NCBI GenBank assembly: GCA_028534125.1
Contig: CM052817.1
Location: 109,060,001 to 109,124,000 of the forward strand
Direction of reading: 5' to 3'
Length of the DNA: 64,000 nt
Source: Lama glama
Taxonomy: Eukaryota
In this document: piece by piece, positions 12,438-25,450 of the stretch
Position numbering within the stretch: the first letter of the stretch is position 1
Layout: each line of letters begins with the position of its first letter
Position numbers and translations under genes: made by a program
The notes under the pieces: model-generated
Told to the model about the DNA's origin: nothing
Databases searched by the model: none
What the model saw: the letters and a program-made list of their open reading frames with translations, nothing else

Positions 12438-13100
12438 TATCCTGTGACCCAGCAGGCCCACTCCTAGGCATATATCCAGAGGGGACTCTAATTCAAAAAG
12501 ACACATGCACCCCAATGTTCACAGCAGCACTATTTACAATAGCCAAGACATGGAAGCAACCTAACTGTCCATCAACAGATGACTGGATAAAGAAATTGTG
12601 GTATATTTATACAATGGACTACTCAGCCATAAAAAAGAATAAAACAACACCATTTGCAGCAATGTGGATGGACCTGAAGATGGTCATACTAAATGAAGTC
12701 AGTCATAAAGAGAAAGAAAAATGCCATATGATATCACTTATATGTGGAATCTAAAAAAAAAAAAGACACAAATGAACTTATTTACAAAACAGAAACAGAC
12801 TCACAGACACAGAAAACAGACTTATGGTTATGGGGGTAGGAGGTAGGAAGGGATAAATTGGGAATTCGAGGTGTGCAGGTACCATCTAATACATATAAAA
12901 CAGATAAACAACAAGGTCCTATTGTGTAGCACAGGGAACTATATTCAATATCTTGTAGTAGTCTGTAATGAAAAATAATATAAAAACAAGTATATGTATG
13001 TATATGTATGACTGAAACATGATGCTTTACACCAGAAACTGACACAACATTGAAACTATGTACTTCAATAAACAGACAAAAAAGAAAGAAAAAGAAATTA
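12438..13100 (+). mobile_element. 5'-truncated LINE-1 (ORF2 C-terminus, 3'UTR and A-rich tail)
   Basis: ORF 12515-12754 ([34 protein letters not shown]...) is the L1 ORF2 C-terminus. A-rich tail at about 13068-13100. Confidence 0.92.
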
Positions 13101-13941
13101 AAGGTGAGTCAGTTTGGAAACCAGCCACCCTTCACCCTGCAAATGGTAACACTTTGGTTGCACAGGTAAGGTTGCATTCACACAATGGACATTCTAGAGG
13201 GCATGTCTGGGAACACTGACGCTTGGAAATCCACCTCCAGACTACTGTTTGGAAATTTATGGACTAATGGGATTCGCCAAAGGCCTCGCTCTATGGCCAA
13301 TCAAATGGGCTGCCAATAACTGGACAGTCAGAATATCTCTCTATGAGGAATGCAATTTTAGAAATCTCTGTAGGAATTCTGACAAAGAATGAATAAGGAC
13401 TCAGTCTTGATTTCATACCCTCTCCTCCAGCCTCAGGGACACATTACTTTGAAAACTCAAGAAGTATATGGGAGTATCCTTAGCGCAGCCCAAGGTAACT
13501 GAGAATTATGGCAAGTACTGTGAATCATAGCAAGCACCTGCACCTCCACTTGGGATGGTTTTTTGAGCAACAAGAAACAGTATATAAGGCAGAGCTGCAC
13601 CAGAATTAGGGCCAGGCACTCACTCACCTGAGACCCTCCATGACCCGTGAAGTGTAAATGTGGGCGAAACCACAGAACTGCGGGGTCCACAGTGTCCTGT
13701 GTGACTGTGCACATCCTGAGTGCAGAGAGACTGGGGCACATGAGAAACTATTCCTGGCGGTCGCGAGATGTCTTCAATGCCGTTAGCATGAACACTGCTA
13801 ACATTAAATACGAGATGGAAACGAAACTGGAGAATTCGCTGAACAGACAAAACCATTTAAACTAGGTAACCAAAACTCAGCTGGTTTATTTCATGAACAA
13901 AAGTGAAACTTTGCTTATTTCTTGTAAAGCTCCCAGTTCTT

Positions 13942-14075
13942 TTTTTTGAGGCGGGGGTGGGGCAGGTCATCAGGTTTATTTGTTTAACCTTTTTTTAATG
14001 GAGGCACTGGGGATTGAACCCATGACCTTGTGCATGCTAAGCACCCGCCCTACCACGGAGCTGTGCCCTCCCCCC
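13942..14075 (-). mobile_element. tRNA-derived SINE, Vic-1-like, with 15-bp TSD
   Basis: Flanked by aagctcccagttctt (13927-13941) and aagctccttgttctt (14076-14090), 13/15 identical. tRNA-like head on the minus strand. Confidence 0.9.
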
Positions 14076-17000
14076 AAGCTCCTTGTTCTTGACCTGTCCT
14101 TCTCTGTACACTGAACACTCACTAAATACTATATACTGTGTTGGTGGTTTTAATTTTGCTATTTCTGGATTTCTGACAATGCTGTTGCTGCCAAGTAAGT
14201 GTTCCACCCCTAACCACAGAATCCTGGCATTTCTCCTTGGACATTTGCTCTTCTTTCAAACTCTGTCATTTGTCCCCAAACCCTGCCTTCATTCCTGAAA
14301 CTGGACAAGCGTCTCCTGGAATTCATCTCTCAACAACTTACAGCACAATGATGTCTCTTACCTATTTCTTATATTGTGACATTCTCTCATCCCAAATGAT
14401 TTCAGAGTTTCTATTTTCCCCTTGCCTTCTGTAAGCTATCCACTCATCTTGCAAATTCAGCATCATTTTTAAACTTCCTTCCCTCGTGCTAATCCGGGCA
14501 GTTCTTTCTCTGACCCACAGCTTTGCCATGAGGATTTGTTCCTCAGTAACGCCCCACCGTCTTCTCCTCTTTAACAGCAATATCCTTCCTTTTCAGGGAG
14601 ATTCTGAAACCTTCTTCAAGGTTATGCCTTCTTTGTTTAGTTTCTCCCAGATTTTTCAGTCTCTACTTAGTCCCTTTTTGTCTAAATACAGTAAAACGTT
14701 TATTCAGCACACATTTTAATTACTTAAACATCACAATAAATCAGTAGTTAAAGAAGATAAACACTTCACACAGAAGTTAACATAGAAAATGAGGTACATG
14801 CAATTGACACTTTTCTTTTTGTCTGATTATTAAGTATAATGAAAAATTGAAATTTAAGAAAATAATAAAAGTCATATGTCTACCATTCATATTTAACTAA
14901 TACTATATTTTGTCCTATTTCCCTCAGATTTTACATGTATTTAATCATGCTACATATGTTAATCTAAAACCTGCTTTTTTATGTCACATGTTTACTGTGT
15001 ATTCATGTTAAAACATGAAGATCCAGCTGATTTGTTACACAAAATTACATCAATAAATGCACCATGATTGACTGATTTTTCCCCCAACAAATCTGTGTTT
15101 ACATAATTTCAATATTTTATCTATAGCAAAGATATTGCAGTGAAACTCTGTGTACATTTCCTTTGGTTATTAGAAGTGAAACTCATGGAATTGTTTGGAA
15201 TATGCTTTCCCCCTTGACTGTTGCCAAATTGGTCTCTGACATAAACTAGCATTTTATACAGAAAACAGTAGCAAGAGAATTGAGTTCCCCATTATACTTT
15301 ATTTCCCACCAAATTATAATGTGAGATTTTTGTGGGGTTTTTTTGACCAATCTGACATATATGCATAAGTATCTCATTTTTGCAGGATGGAAGTTGAGAC
15401 GCACCAGAGAACAGGAAATTATGGAACACTGAGGAGAGGTGGCAGCAGAAATGGGATTAGGTGCCTGTGCAGCTTTGATTGGACCTGAGAATTAAAGTCA
15501 GCTGCTGGGGAGCTAGTGATGCCCAAAGCGTCAGCAGGATGGGCGGGAGTCCCACCTAAGCTCCGCGCCTCTTAACACGATGGAGCACGTGCTGCTTGGT
15601 GCTCAGGTTAAAGTCAGTACACGTACTGGCCAATGTTGGGTTGTTCCGGCGTGGTGAGTAATCAGGGTGAGTGTGACACTTCCTGGGGGAAAACCTGTTC
15701 TAAATGAGAATTTACTCCCCCACATTGTTGGCCAATGTTTTATGTTCTGACCATTCTTCTGTGAGCAGTCACCCCCCCAAGGTTAATTACAATTTATCTT
15801 GTCATGAAGAAAGTAAATGAAAAACTCTGTTTAGAAAAAAAAAAAGAAAGAAAGAAAAGTTATTTTAAATCATTCAGAAAACAAGTAAATTCATTTAGCC
15901 AGCAAAAAATGAATGGTTGGTTGACTTTGGGAAAACGTATCTACTGTAAGGACTTTGTTACTTCTTCTGCTAAGTCATCTCATTACTAAAATTCTGAAAG
16001 CTTCCTGCAGCTTTTGTAGCTCTGATGGCAAAGTGATTGTCGGCATGTGAGTAATTACTTTTAGATTTGAGGTGCTAGAAAATTTTCTTCTAAGACTTAG
16101 CAAGAATGAAAGTGATCTAAATGGAACGCCTGTATCCAAAATCAGAATAAAAACTGGAGAATGGCAGGAATCACAAGTCACACAAAAAGGGATTCAAATC
16201 TGCAAATCCAATTAGAATCAACTGAGACAGATTTTTCCCAGAATTTGAGGTTATGAGAAAATAAGAAAGAAGATTAAGCCCCACAAAAGTTGCTCAAAAA
16301 TTTCTACAATATGGTCAGTTACTATCCATACAATAATATCTGGCAACTTTCATGCAAATCCATTATTCTAACTAACAGTTCTTACGCATCTGCATTAAGT
16401 AAATACCCCATAGGAAGAGGAAGGAGCAGCTTAGATGATTCAAAGGTCAACTTTAAATGACGTTCAGATTTTTCATATGCTAACAAACCATAGTGCACCA
16501 TGCAATTAAACATGACTTTTGTCAGTGACCATTCCAATGGTCTGAATAAATCAGTACATCTTTCTAAAGCCCTGGCAAGATTTCTGCCTCTACTAAGAGC
16601 AAATCAAAATCACCTTGAAGCTAGTCCCCTTAACCTCCTGAGTCCAAAAAGGAGCTTTCTTAAATAAAATGCACTTTATTGTTCTTGTTTTGAGACAAAG
16701 AGAGAGAGAGAAAGAGGAAGGAAAGAAAGAGGTAACTACCCCCCACTACATGGGAGCAGCATGATTGTCATTGCATACATGACTCATTTAAAGACGTGTA
16801 CAACAGGCATTTTTAAACATGACTCAGAGAAAGAAAGGACACACAGCTGCATGCTGTACAGGGGATGCACGTTCTTACAGGTATGATGCAGGCAGCTGTA
16901 AAAGAAATAAATCTCTGTGACCTGGGCATCCCGGTCAAATAAAATAAAATAAAAATGCACATAAAATACGTCTGTACAGATGTATGACTCTCCATGGTCA

Positions 17001-18059
17001 GAGGTTGTTGGAAGGTCTAAAAACAAGAAAGAGAAACCCACCTCTTGGGTTCCTATACTAACAGTAAATGTTCAACCAAAATAAACATTACAAAAGGAAT
17101 GGAAATAAAAATTAGGGGGGGGGGAACACTATGCATAGTAATTAATATGTATTAATTAATATTTTTACCGAATATTAAAAAATTATTATAAAGAATATAT
17201 TATAATAAAAAACACCTCAGTTCTAGGTCAACAAATGACCAACAGGCACATGGCACAGCTCGATGACCCTAAAAGAAACCCCACTATGTGTGAAAAATCA
17301 ACGTGGAATGAATTAGCATTACACAGCATTGGGAGAGTAAATGCTCTTTGATTTTAAAGGCAGTTATTTGCATTTCACAAGCTCATTTTTTATTTCTCAC
17401 CACAAACCATTATAAACTCAGCAGGAATTAAGATGAATAGAAGAGCAGAAACCATGAAACGTAAAAGGCAAGACAGGAAAATATGTCTACAGTCCTCAGA
17501 CGCTTAAAAGCTTTTTATAGAGAGAGGCAAAGAAGAAATCATAATAGAGGTAAAAATATTATATTTCACAACATAAAAATTGTGTAGGTCAAAAATATGA
17601 TAAAGATCACTCAATAACAAGCAAGAAACTGGGGAAAAAATCTGCCACAGATACGACAAAGACAATGATTTATAAGCAAGGACTGCAGCATTATTTATAA
17701 TGGAAATTGGAATTAAACTAAATGTCTGGCAAGAGAAGGATTATGAATAAATTGTGGATCAGCTACATAATGAAATAATAATTAATCTTTAAAGACCATG
17801 CCCAGGAAATTGGGAACAGGCAGCTGCAGAAAGCACCCAAAGTTCATGCTTGAGGGTAGCAGTGTATGCTGGGTGCTTTACGTTTCTGTCCATCACGTTG
17901 ACCTAAGGAATAATTACGAACCGTCTCAGACTTCCTGGGACAGACAGTTCTTTCTCTAAAGAAAGTAGGCTGTGTCCGAAGGCTTGGTTGCTCGGGGCAC
18001 AGCATCCTTCCGGTTTCTGAAACGCGTGTCACGCGAACCCGCCCTGGGTTCAGGGCTGT

Positions 18060-18435
18060 CGGTGCCCTCCCTGGGCTGCACTCCCCTAAATATGTGCACT
18101 GATCATCTGGCACCATTCACGGATTTGCTCACTCACCTCTCACTGACCCGTTTGCAGACTGCAAGCAACACCACCCCCATTTCTGCACACCAGTTCCCCC
18201 TCATTCTGTTGTTTGTTTGTTTTTCTTTTCCCCCACAGAACACATCACCTTCCGTCATTTAACTTACTTTCATCTTAAACGTGGGGCTTACCGTCTCCCT
18301 CGGCTGGACTGCGGGCTCCCGGGGCGTGGATGGGCCGGTCCCCGCCGAGCAGGGCGGCCCCCGCGGGTGCGCACACCCGCCAGGCCCCCGGGCGCCGGCT
18401 CTCCGCTCAGCCCGCCCCGCGTCTAGCTGAGTGGG
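18060..18435 (+). mobile_element. LINE-2 3' end fossil whose terminal part is extremely GC/CpG-rich
   Basis: 18200-18270 resembles the L2 'ctgctttatttttctccatagcacttatcacc' segment. 18285-18330 (gtctccctcggctggactgcgggctccc) aligns by eye to the L2 tail 'gtctccc-cactagaatgtaagctcc'. Confidence 0.6.
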
Positions 18436-20629
18436 GCTCCCGGCTCTGCTCGCCTGGGTGAGAACAACACGGGCGTCCCCACCAGATGACGTTTCCCACC
18501 AGTTGGACAGCCACTCGGTGAAGCCTTCAAAGACGCGGGAAAATGCTTACATGTGATATTGAGCCAAAGGGGGAGAATATAAAATTGTGTACAATCTAAT
18601 ACAACAAAGTCAATAAACGGGGAAATATACTATGAATACACGTGTAGTGTGGGGTTGTTCCCTGAGCATATTTTGAGGAAAAAAAGTAGCTTTCCTGTTA
18701 TGCTAAACAGAGTGTAACACTGTTATTCTGAAGTGCTCCAGCTACTTAGTACAGCAAACAAATCTCCTAGCAGAAAATACGCAATAGGTTAGTTTCAGGT
18801 ACTTGTTAGTTAATTGGATTTCATTTTAGATCTATTACTCCGACTCTCCAGATTTCTCCCTTTTATCCCCAAGGAGTTAATTCATTCATAATTATTCCTG
18901 TCAAAATTATTCCATAAGGAAGACTTGTCCTAAATCCCTCATATATTTAACAATTTTTAACCATTTATTTAAATCAACATGGATTCAGAAAGGTTTTTTT
19001 TTTGATACTTTGGGTTATAATCTAATATTATCATTATTTATTTTGTTGCTCAAATCAGATTCATAATAAGAAACACTGGAGAAGTCAGGGCCCTCCTTTT
19101 CTTGGAAAACACCCCAAGGATGAGTGAAGATTTTATATTTTGGTGTCATGGAGATATTTGTTTTTAGTCCAGTTTGGCAGCATAAATAACTTATGGTGAA
19201 AAAAAACAGAACTTTCCTGTTATGGAAATAATATTATTCAAGGTAGAAATGTTTAAAAGTTGATACTTTTGTTTTTATTGTCATCTAGATTAACTCATGA
19301 TTTAATCTGAAATGTAGCAAAACTTTAAAAATGATTTTTAACAATTTGATGATTTTTTGAACAATTAACATAATACAGTAGGTAGTCATCTAATAATTGA
19401 TTTAAGTCAGTAATTAAGATGTAGATAAAGATCAACAGTGCCATGTAAATAATGCGTAATTTCTAAACTACTCAGTGAGACCTGGGAGGGTGACAGGCTT
19501 TATCTTCTCACTTAAACTGATGGCTGCTTGTGGCAAAAATCTGTAAAAATTGCCAAGGAAAGAAAAAGTAAATTGGCAAACTCAGTTCATCACATTTTTA
19601 AATTTTGAGATAAACAATGGATAACTTAAATGTCTGAGATATTTTAATATGCATTTTAGTTTTAGAATGAAAGTCAGCATAATTTGGGGTTTTGGCTTTT
19701 TTGGGTTGGTTTCTGTTTGGTTGGTGTTTTGCTTTGGACAAAAAGAAGAGGCTGAATAGTATAAAATATTCAACATATACAAAATATTCATTGAACTGCC
19801 ATCCAGGTAGCAGATAGCCTAGTGAATCTCATATTTTTAAAGGTAATGAAATGCTGGGGACAAGACATCACTTTGCCTTTTAGTCCCTTGCTCTCTATGT
19901 TAAATACAGATTTCTGATGCAGTGCAAATTGTTCCTAATCAAGTACCTTTAAAACGAAGAGGGAAAATATAACAACAAAAATTGAGCAAGCCTTTAACTC
20001 GACACCACAGCAGGTGCTGAGCAGTGAGGTCTGTGTTCACGCCCACTAGTTTACTGGGGGTCCCAAGGGTGTCGCCAAGAACTTGTGACCCCGGGGTCAG
20101 CACCAGACAGCAGTATGTGCAGGACTGCCTTGGACTTGCTTATTTGGAGCCCAGAGATCAAGGAACGTTAGCATCTCTTTTTCAGCTTTTATAACTCTAT
20201 GAAAAAGTAAAGTCCAGTCCATATATTATCACTTAGTTAACAGTCAAACAAATCAGGTTGTTATTAATTTTAGTTCTATTTAAGGAAAAATAAAAAGCAA
20301 AGGAAAATCCAGCTTTTGAGTCTCCTTAAATTTTCAAGACTTTAAAATTCAGATCTCTGTATCCAAGTGTGATTTGGGTTTCTTCATGTACACACAGTTG
20401 TCATCTTGAATCTGGTTAGTAACATCATATAAGTTCTCTAAAATACATTCACTCATACATATGCACACTTTCATCCACACTTGTGCTGGTGGGTGGGTGG
20501 AAGGTATTTACGAGGAAATCCAGGTGAATTTAAATAAAAAAACATTGTAAAATCATTATGCTCAAATGACAGCATTTTACTACAGCAGGCAAACTGAGTA
20601 CATATATTGAAACTATATAAAAATGAACT

Positions 20630-20633
<4 letters not shown>

Positions 20634-20673
<40 letters not shown>

Positions 20674-20676
20674 ATG
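20634..20676. repeat. (TA)n(TGTA)n microsatellite
   Basis: Directly visible. Confidence 0.95.
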
Positions 20677-21469
20677 TTGCTAATCAAGTTCTTTTTTGAG
20701 AACACCATTTAAAAGAAAGTGCACACATGCTCCTGAGTGCTGAAGTCTGTTCACATGCATACACAGTATTTGATCTGATTTTAAGAATAATTGCTAACAG
20801 TTTAAAACTTCTTCCTTTAAGTTCATGATAAATTGTCATTTTTTTCTGGAGACCACGGGTTAAGGGAAACTGATGGCCCCAGCCGGTGGGCCAGGAGGGA
20901 TCTGGGGCCCGGGGCTCGCTGCGGTGGAGCACTGCCAGTGGAATGTAGAACCCTGAGGACAATAAGCTTTAATCTTTCTTTTTTTTTTTTTTTTTTTGTA
21001 TTTAGTACAGCTATGCCTCTTGGAACAGAACAATGACTTTCTTTTTCTACTTTTCCAGCCCATCAGAGGCCACTCTTGGATTAAGCAAACTCACAACCTG
21101 AAACCCTAAGGCCAATTTGGTTTTCTGCATAATGGGGCCAGTTACCAGTAGGACATGCCTCCACGTGGGTGCCATCCTCATGACTGCTGCCTTATGTCCT
21201 TCTCTAGTCCTACTCTGGTCCCCGGCTGTGCCCCAAGCCTCCAAACCCTATTCTCCAGCGTTGGTCATAAGATTCGGGGCCAAAATCATCTGTCATATCA
21301 CCCTCCCTCACTCATTCTCCACCTGTCCAGCTAAAACTGACAGTCTTCTGGTATCAAGACACACAGCAGAAGTTCCTCACTGGCCAATCGCTCTGTGTAC
21401 GTACCTGTAATCTGAGAGGCTGCCAAGCAGGCTGGTTGGAAGTGCAGACCTTGCATGCGGTTACCACAT

Positions 21470-21660
21470 ATAATCATTGGCTGTTCCACTCAGCCCCTGT
21501 TTGACCTTAGGAAAGTAACCCAACCTTTCTGTGCTCCAGTTTCCTTTTAAGTAAAATGTAGGTGATAAGAATATTTTCTCAATGGGTTACTACAAGGATT
21601 AAACACATGAAGAATGTTTCAAACAATGCTGGGCAATGGGGGCATGCTGTAGTGACTGTA
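21470..21660 (+). mobile_element. MIR SINE fragment
   Basis: gaccttaggaaagtaacccaacctttctgtgctccagtttccttttaagtaaaatg...aggattaaa resembles the MIR core. Confidence 0.6.
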
Positions 21661-22050
21661 GTATTGCCCCCTGGTTGCCGCCTGGAGGAGTGGGTTTTGG
21701 CATAAGCTTCAGGGAAAGCGGGGGTTCTGATCACCCCTTGTCTGAACCTGTTCACATTAGCAGTTACAGCACAGACAGCATCTAAAGAAGTGTACATTTT
21801 AAAAAAGGGGTTTGTAACTTTTATTGTAGTGTTAACATTGTTTTTAAAAAGAACTCCTTTTTAAAAAGGCTTTATGTGTTAAGAAATGAAAGGACCTGGA
21901 TTTAAAGAGTTTCAAATCTCAGAAATTCATACATCAGGAGCAACTTTTTGGTAAAATCACAGAGAAAGTCTTGTGGCTAGTCTGATGAGTTCCTGCAGTT
22001 CTGGGACATTTTGTTGAGCACAAATTTTTAAAATATTAAGACTTTTTAAG

Positions 22051-22176
22051 TTATTATTTTTATTTTGGTGGGACCAGTAATTAGTTTTATTTATTTGTTT
22101 ATTTATTTTTAATGGGGGTACCGCGGGTTGAACCCAGGCCCTCATGCATGCTAAGCACTGAACTATACCCTCCCCC
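22051..22176 (-). mobile_element. tRNA-derived SINE, Vic-1-like (short internal deletion in the head)
   Basis: gtaattagttttatt...ggtaccgcgggttgaacccaggccctcatgcatgctaagcactgaactataccctcccc. Confidence 0.8.
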
Positions 22177-22876
22177 TCCAGAATCCTGCATGTATATACG
22201 TGTGCAAAACTTCTAGTGGTAGCCTTCTGCAGTATTCATTTTTAGTTAATGCTTTGGTAATATTCTTGTCAAAGTGCAAAAATAGCAGGTTGGGTCGAGG
22301 GAAAGAACAAGCTTCAGCAAGAATACAGATGAAAAGGAGAAAGGGGCGTGGGTGCTGATGCGGAGCTAGGTCTTTAGAAAGGGTCTCGCTTTGTCAGAAG
22401 ATAATCGGTGCTGCTGGTGCTTTGTAATTGCTTCTTATGCAGAAATTGCAAAAGAACTGCCAAGTGACAATGTAAGGTCCTGTGTCATCTCAAAACCTTA
22501 GGCTGCTAATGTTAGCGACTTACAAAAAGGTCCAATATCTTTTTCCTGAAATATTTTTCTAAAAATCTCTCAGACAGAACTCATTTTTCTTTATTACTCT
22601 GCTGATCACCATTTAAACTGTGTTTAAGTTCAAAAGAAATGCTCTTTTCAAAACTGCATGTTATAAATTAAAATTGGAAAGTGTAATGTTGAAAAATAAA
22701 AAAATACACTTTTTTCCTTTATTCAGTGACCACTTTCAACTATTCATCTACTTTTCTTGTTTCGTTTTTATAAATAACGAAGTAGGACTCAATGTGCTGG
22801 CAAGGAGGAAACAAAACAAATACCTAAAATGGTGATTCGCTTTTTACAGTTTTTTTCCAGTTGTATCCACGAGCAT

Positions 22877-23475
22877 CCTGTGTATCAACGACAACCACTG
22901 ACTTCCTGTAATCAGCCGGCACTTGAGAAGTGGCTGGTGTTACATTAATTAAACAAGGAGGTGGTCGACGTAAACAACCCAAACTCCGACACGGCAAATC
23001 CTCATGGTTAGAACACTGAAATGTGAGGACAGCCAGTCACAGTCGGCCAACTAGCCTTTAACCTGCATCCTATCAACAATTTCTTTACTTTGCTTCCACC
23101 TTTCCTCCATGAAATTCTCTCCCGAGCTAGGAAGAGGTCTTCTAACCACTTCCGGTCGGTGCTGCATTTTTGCTCAAATAAACCTTAGAATTTTTGACAG
23201 GCCTCAGTTTATCTTTTACATTAGTCTATGCTGACATGTGCTGCAGATAGAAAATGCATATCTTAGGATGAAACACAGAATATAAATGTTTCATTAATAA
23301 TTTTTTGTATGAACTACCTGATGAAATAATAGTATTTTGGATATATTGTGTTAAATGAAATATATAATTAAAACCAATGTCCCCGTTTCTTTCTACTTTT
23401 TTAAGTGTGGCTACTAGACATTTTTAAATTTAAAAGTTCACATCATAGGTGACTTGCATCTCTGTCGGACAATTC
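22877..23475 (-). mobile_element. MER33-like hAT-Charlie DNA transposon, split by the LTR
   Basis: gcacttgagaagtggctgg | ...gacatgtgctgca...tattttggatatattgtgttaaatgaaatatataattaaaa...aagtgtggctactagacatttt resembles MER33/MER3. Confidence 0.65.
22938..23220 (+). mobile_element. Short ERV-type solo LTR nested in a MER33-like DNA transposon
   Basis: TGTTACA...TTTTACA ends, AATAAA near 23177. It interrupts MER33-like sequence, which resumes at 23221. Confidence 0.55.
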
Positions 23476-24639
23476 TATTGCTGCTCCATGCTGCTGAGAG
23501 AGATCACCCTTGCTGTTTTCTAAAGAGGCTTAAAAAATTGTGCTTTGGAGTTAAAAACAGATGTATTAGTCCATCCAGGAATTGCAACCACCCTCTTATG
23601 TAAATCTTGTTCTGTACTTGAAATTGAAGATATAAAACTATTAAACATATATGTTGCAAAACGTCATTGCACACACACTGGGCACCAGCAAGAGGCCTTG
23701 GGCTCCAGACACGTCTCCCTCCCAGTCTGTCCTGCACAGAGCTCCTTCCCCACGGGGCTCCTTTGACAGCCCTCCAGGCTTTCTGCTCAGACCTCAATCT
23801 GAATTCTGCCTGCTTTGGGAGACTGACACTTTCCTGTGTCTCTGCTCCAGGACACAGACCCTGCCCACCCCACTCAGGGCCCTGGCCTGCACAGAGGCAG
23901 AGGAATCAGTCTCTGACTCAGCCTGGGCCTTCACTGTAACGGTCTTTGCATCAAGATAACGGAAAACCCTTTGGTGACATTATTTGTTCTAATACAGTCA
24001 AAGCTATGTGAGGTCACGGTGTCAAGTTCCGGTGCTATGGTTGCCAGAACTTTATGATTGTATTGTAATCATGGGTCTATATAAATTATATTGAAGGTTA
24101 TTCATGTGATATGGAGAACCACAAAAGGGGAAGTATTTAGAGATTTTTAAAATTTTACTTTTAAAGTTGGTAAAAATATTTTTTCTCAGCTTTATTAGGT
24201 ATAAATGGCAAATAAAAATTGCCTGTGAATGTGTGTGTCTGTTGTGTGTGTGTGTCCACGGGTAAGTGTTTCTCAGGAATCCTAACTTGATTCAAATTAC
24301 AGTTGTGCTTATATAATGAGTCTCTGTACAGAGGAACAAATGTGTGCATTCGCTCTTAGTTACAATGGTTTCTGTGTCATTTTAAAGGAGAGGATCAGAT
24401 TATCTGAATATAAACACAATTTGATGTTAATATGAGTACACCATGATTTTGATTGTCCTAAAGAATTCTACCTTTGTTAATACAGTGTTAAAATTCTTAA
24501 AAATTTGCAACAAGATTATAGCAAATTATTATTTAAGGAAAATAAATTATGTAAAAATTCTTTTTTAAAAGCTATTTAAACATAAAAGTTACATTGAAGT
24601 TTATTCATGTGATGCAGAAAACCACGAAAGGGAAATTTT

Positions 24640-25225
24640 ATACCTATTTGAGGTGTACACTGGGCTGCTTTGGTGTATGTACACCTTGTGAAACGAGCAC
24701 CACAATCAAGCTAATTAGCATGTCTGTCAGTTTGCACACTGTTATTTCTCGTATTCGTCATTCACTGTAGACATCGTGCTGTATATTCAGTCTCCGGAAC
24801 TTATTCATCCTATGACGGAGAATCTGTACCCTTCTTCCAACTCCTGTCCCCTGGTGACCACTCTTCCACTCTGTTTCTGTGAGTCCGACTTTCTTAGATT
24901 CTACCCGGAAGTGAGATCATGCAGCAGGTGTCTTTCTATGTCTGGCTAATTTCACTTCCCGTAAGGTCCTCAAGGTCCGTTGCTGTTGTTGGAAATGGCA
25001 GGGTTTCCTTCTTTTTATAAACTACATAACATTTCATTGTATATATATATATGTATATATACATATATATATTTTTTCTTTTTTTAAACGGAGGTACTGG
25101 GGGTTGAACCCAGGACCTTGTGCGTGCTAAGCACACGCTCGACCCCTGAACCATCCCCTCCCGCAATGCCATGTTTTCTTTGTCCATTTATCCACTGATG
25201 GATAGGTTGTTTCCATGTCTTGGTA
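24640..25225 (-). mobile_element. Old LINE-1 (L1M-like) 3' fragment interrupted by a SINE and (TA)n
   Basis: caccacaatcaagctaatt..., gtgagatcatgcag, ctggctaatttcactt, tccatttatccactgatggataggttgtttccatgtcttgg. Confidence 0.75.
25072..25162 (-). mobile_element. tRNA-derived SINE, Vic-1-like (short form)
   Basis: ggaggtactgggggttgaacccaggaccttgtgcgtgctaagcacacgctcgacccctgaaccatcccctccc. Confidence 0.8.
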
Positions 25226-25308
25226 CGGAGTTCTTTACTTCATGGGAAATATTTTGTAAGTTGACACAAAGTGGGCAATACGTTTTATTAGTAATAATAA
25301 AAGCATTA

Positions 25309-25450
25309 GGGGAGACAGTGTAGCTCAAGTGGTAGAGCGTATGCTCAGCACACACAAGATCCTGGGTTCAACCCCCAGCACCTCCTCCAGAAACAAATAA
25401 ACTCAATTACCTCCCTGCTCCCCCCTTACACCAAAATTTTTTTAATTAAA
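25309..25450 (+). mobile_element. tRNA-derived SINE, Vic-1-like, with TSD
   Basis: gtgtagctcaagtggtagagcg (A box) and ctgggttcaacccc (B box). Flanked on both sides by aataataaaagca. Confidence 0.88.

Noticed and set aside
12515..12754. 79-aa ORF with a recognisable protein sequence
   Set aside because: Decayed L1 ORF2 C-terminus, not a host gene.
25309..25390. tRNA-like sequence with A and B boxes (also at 45211 and 40890)
   Set aside because: These are SINE heads with tails and TSDs and degenerate stems, not tRNA genes.
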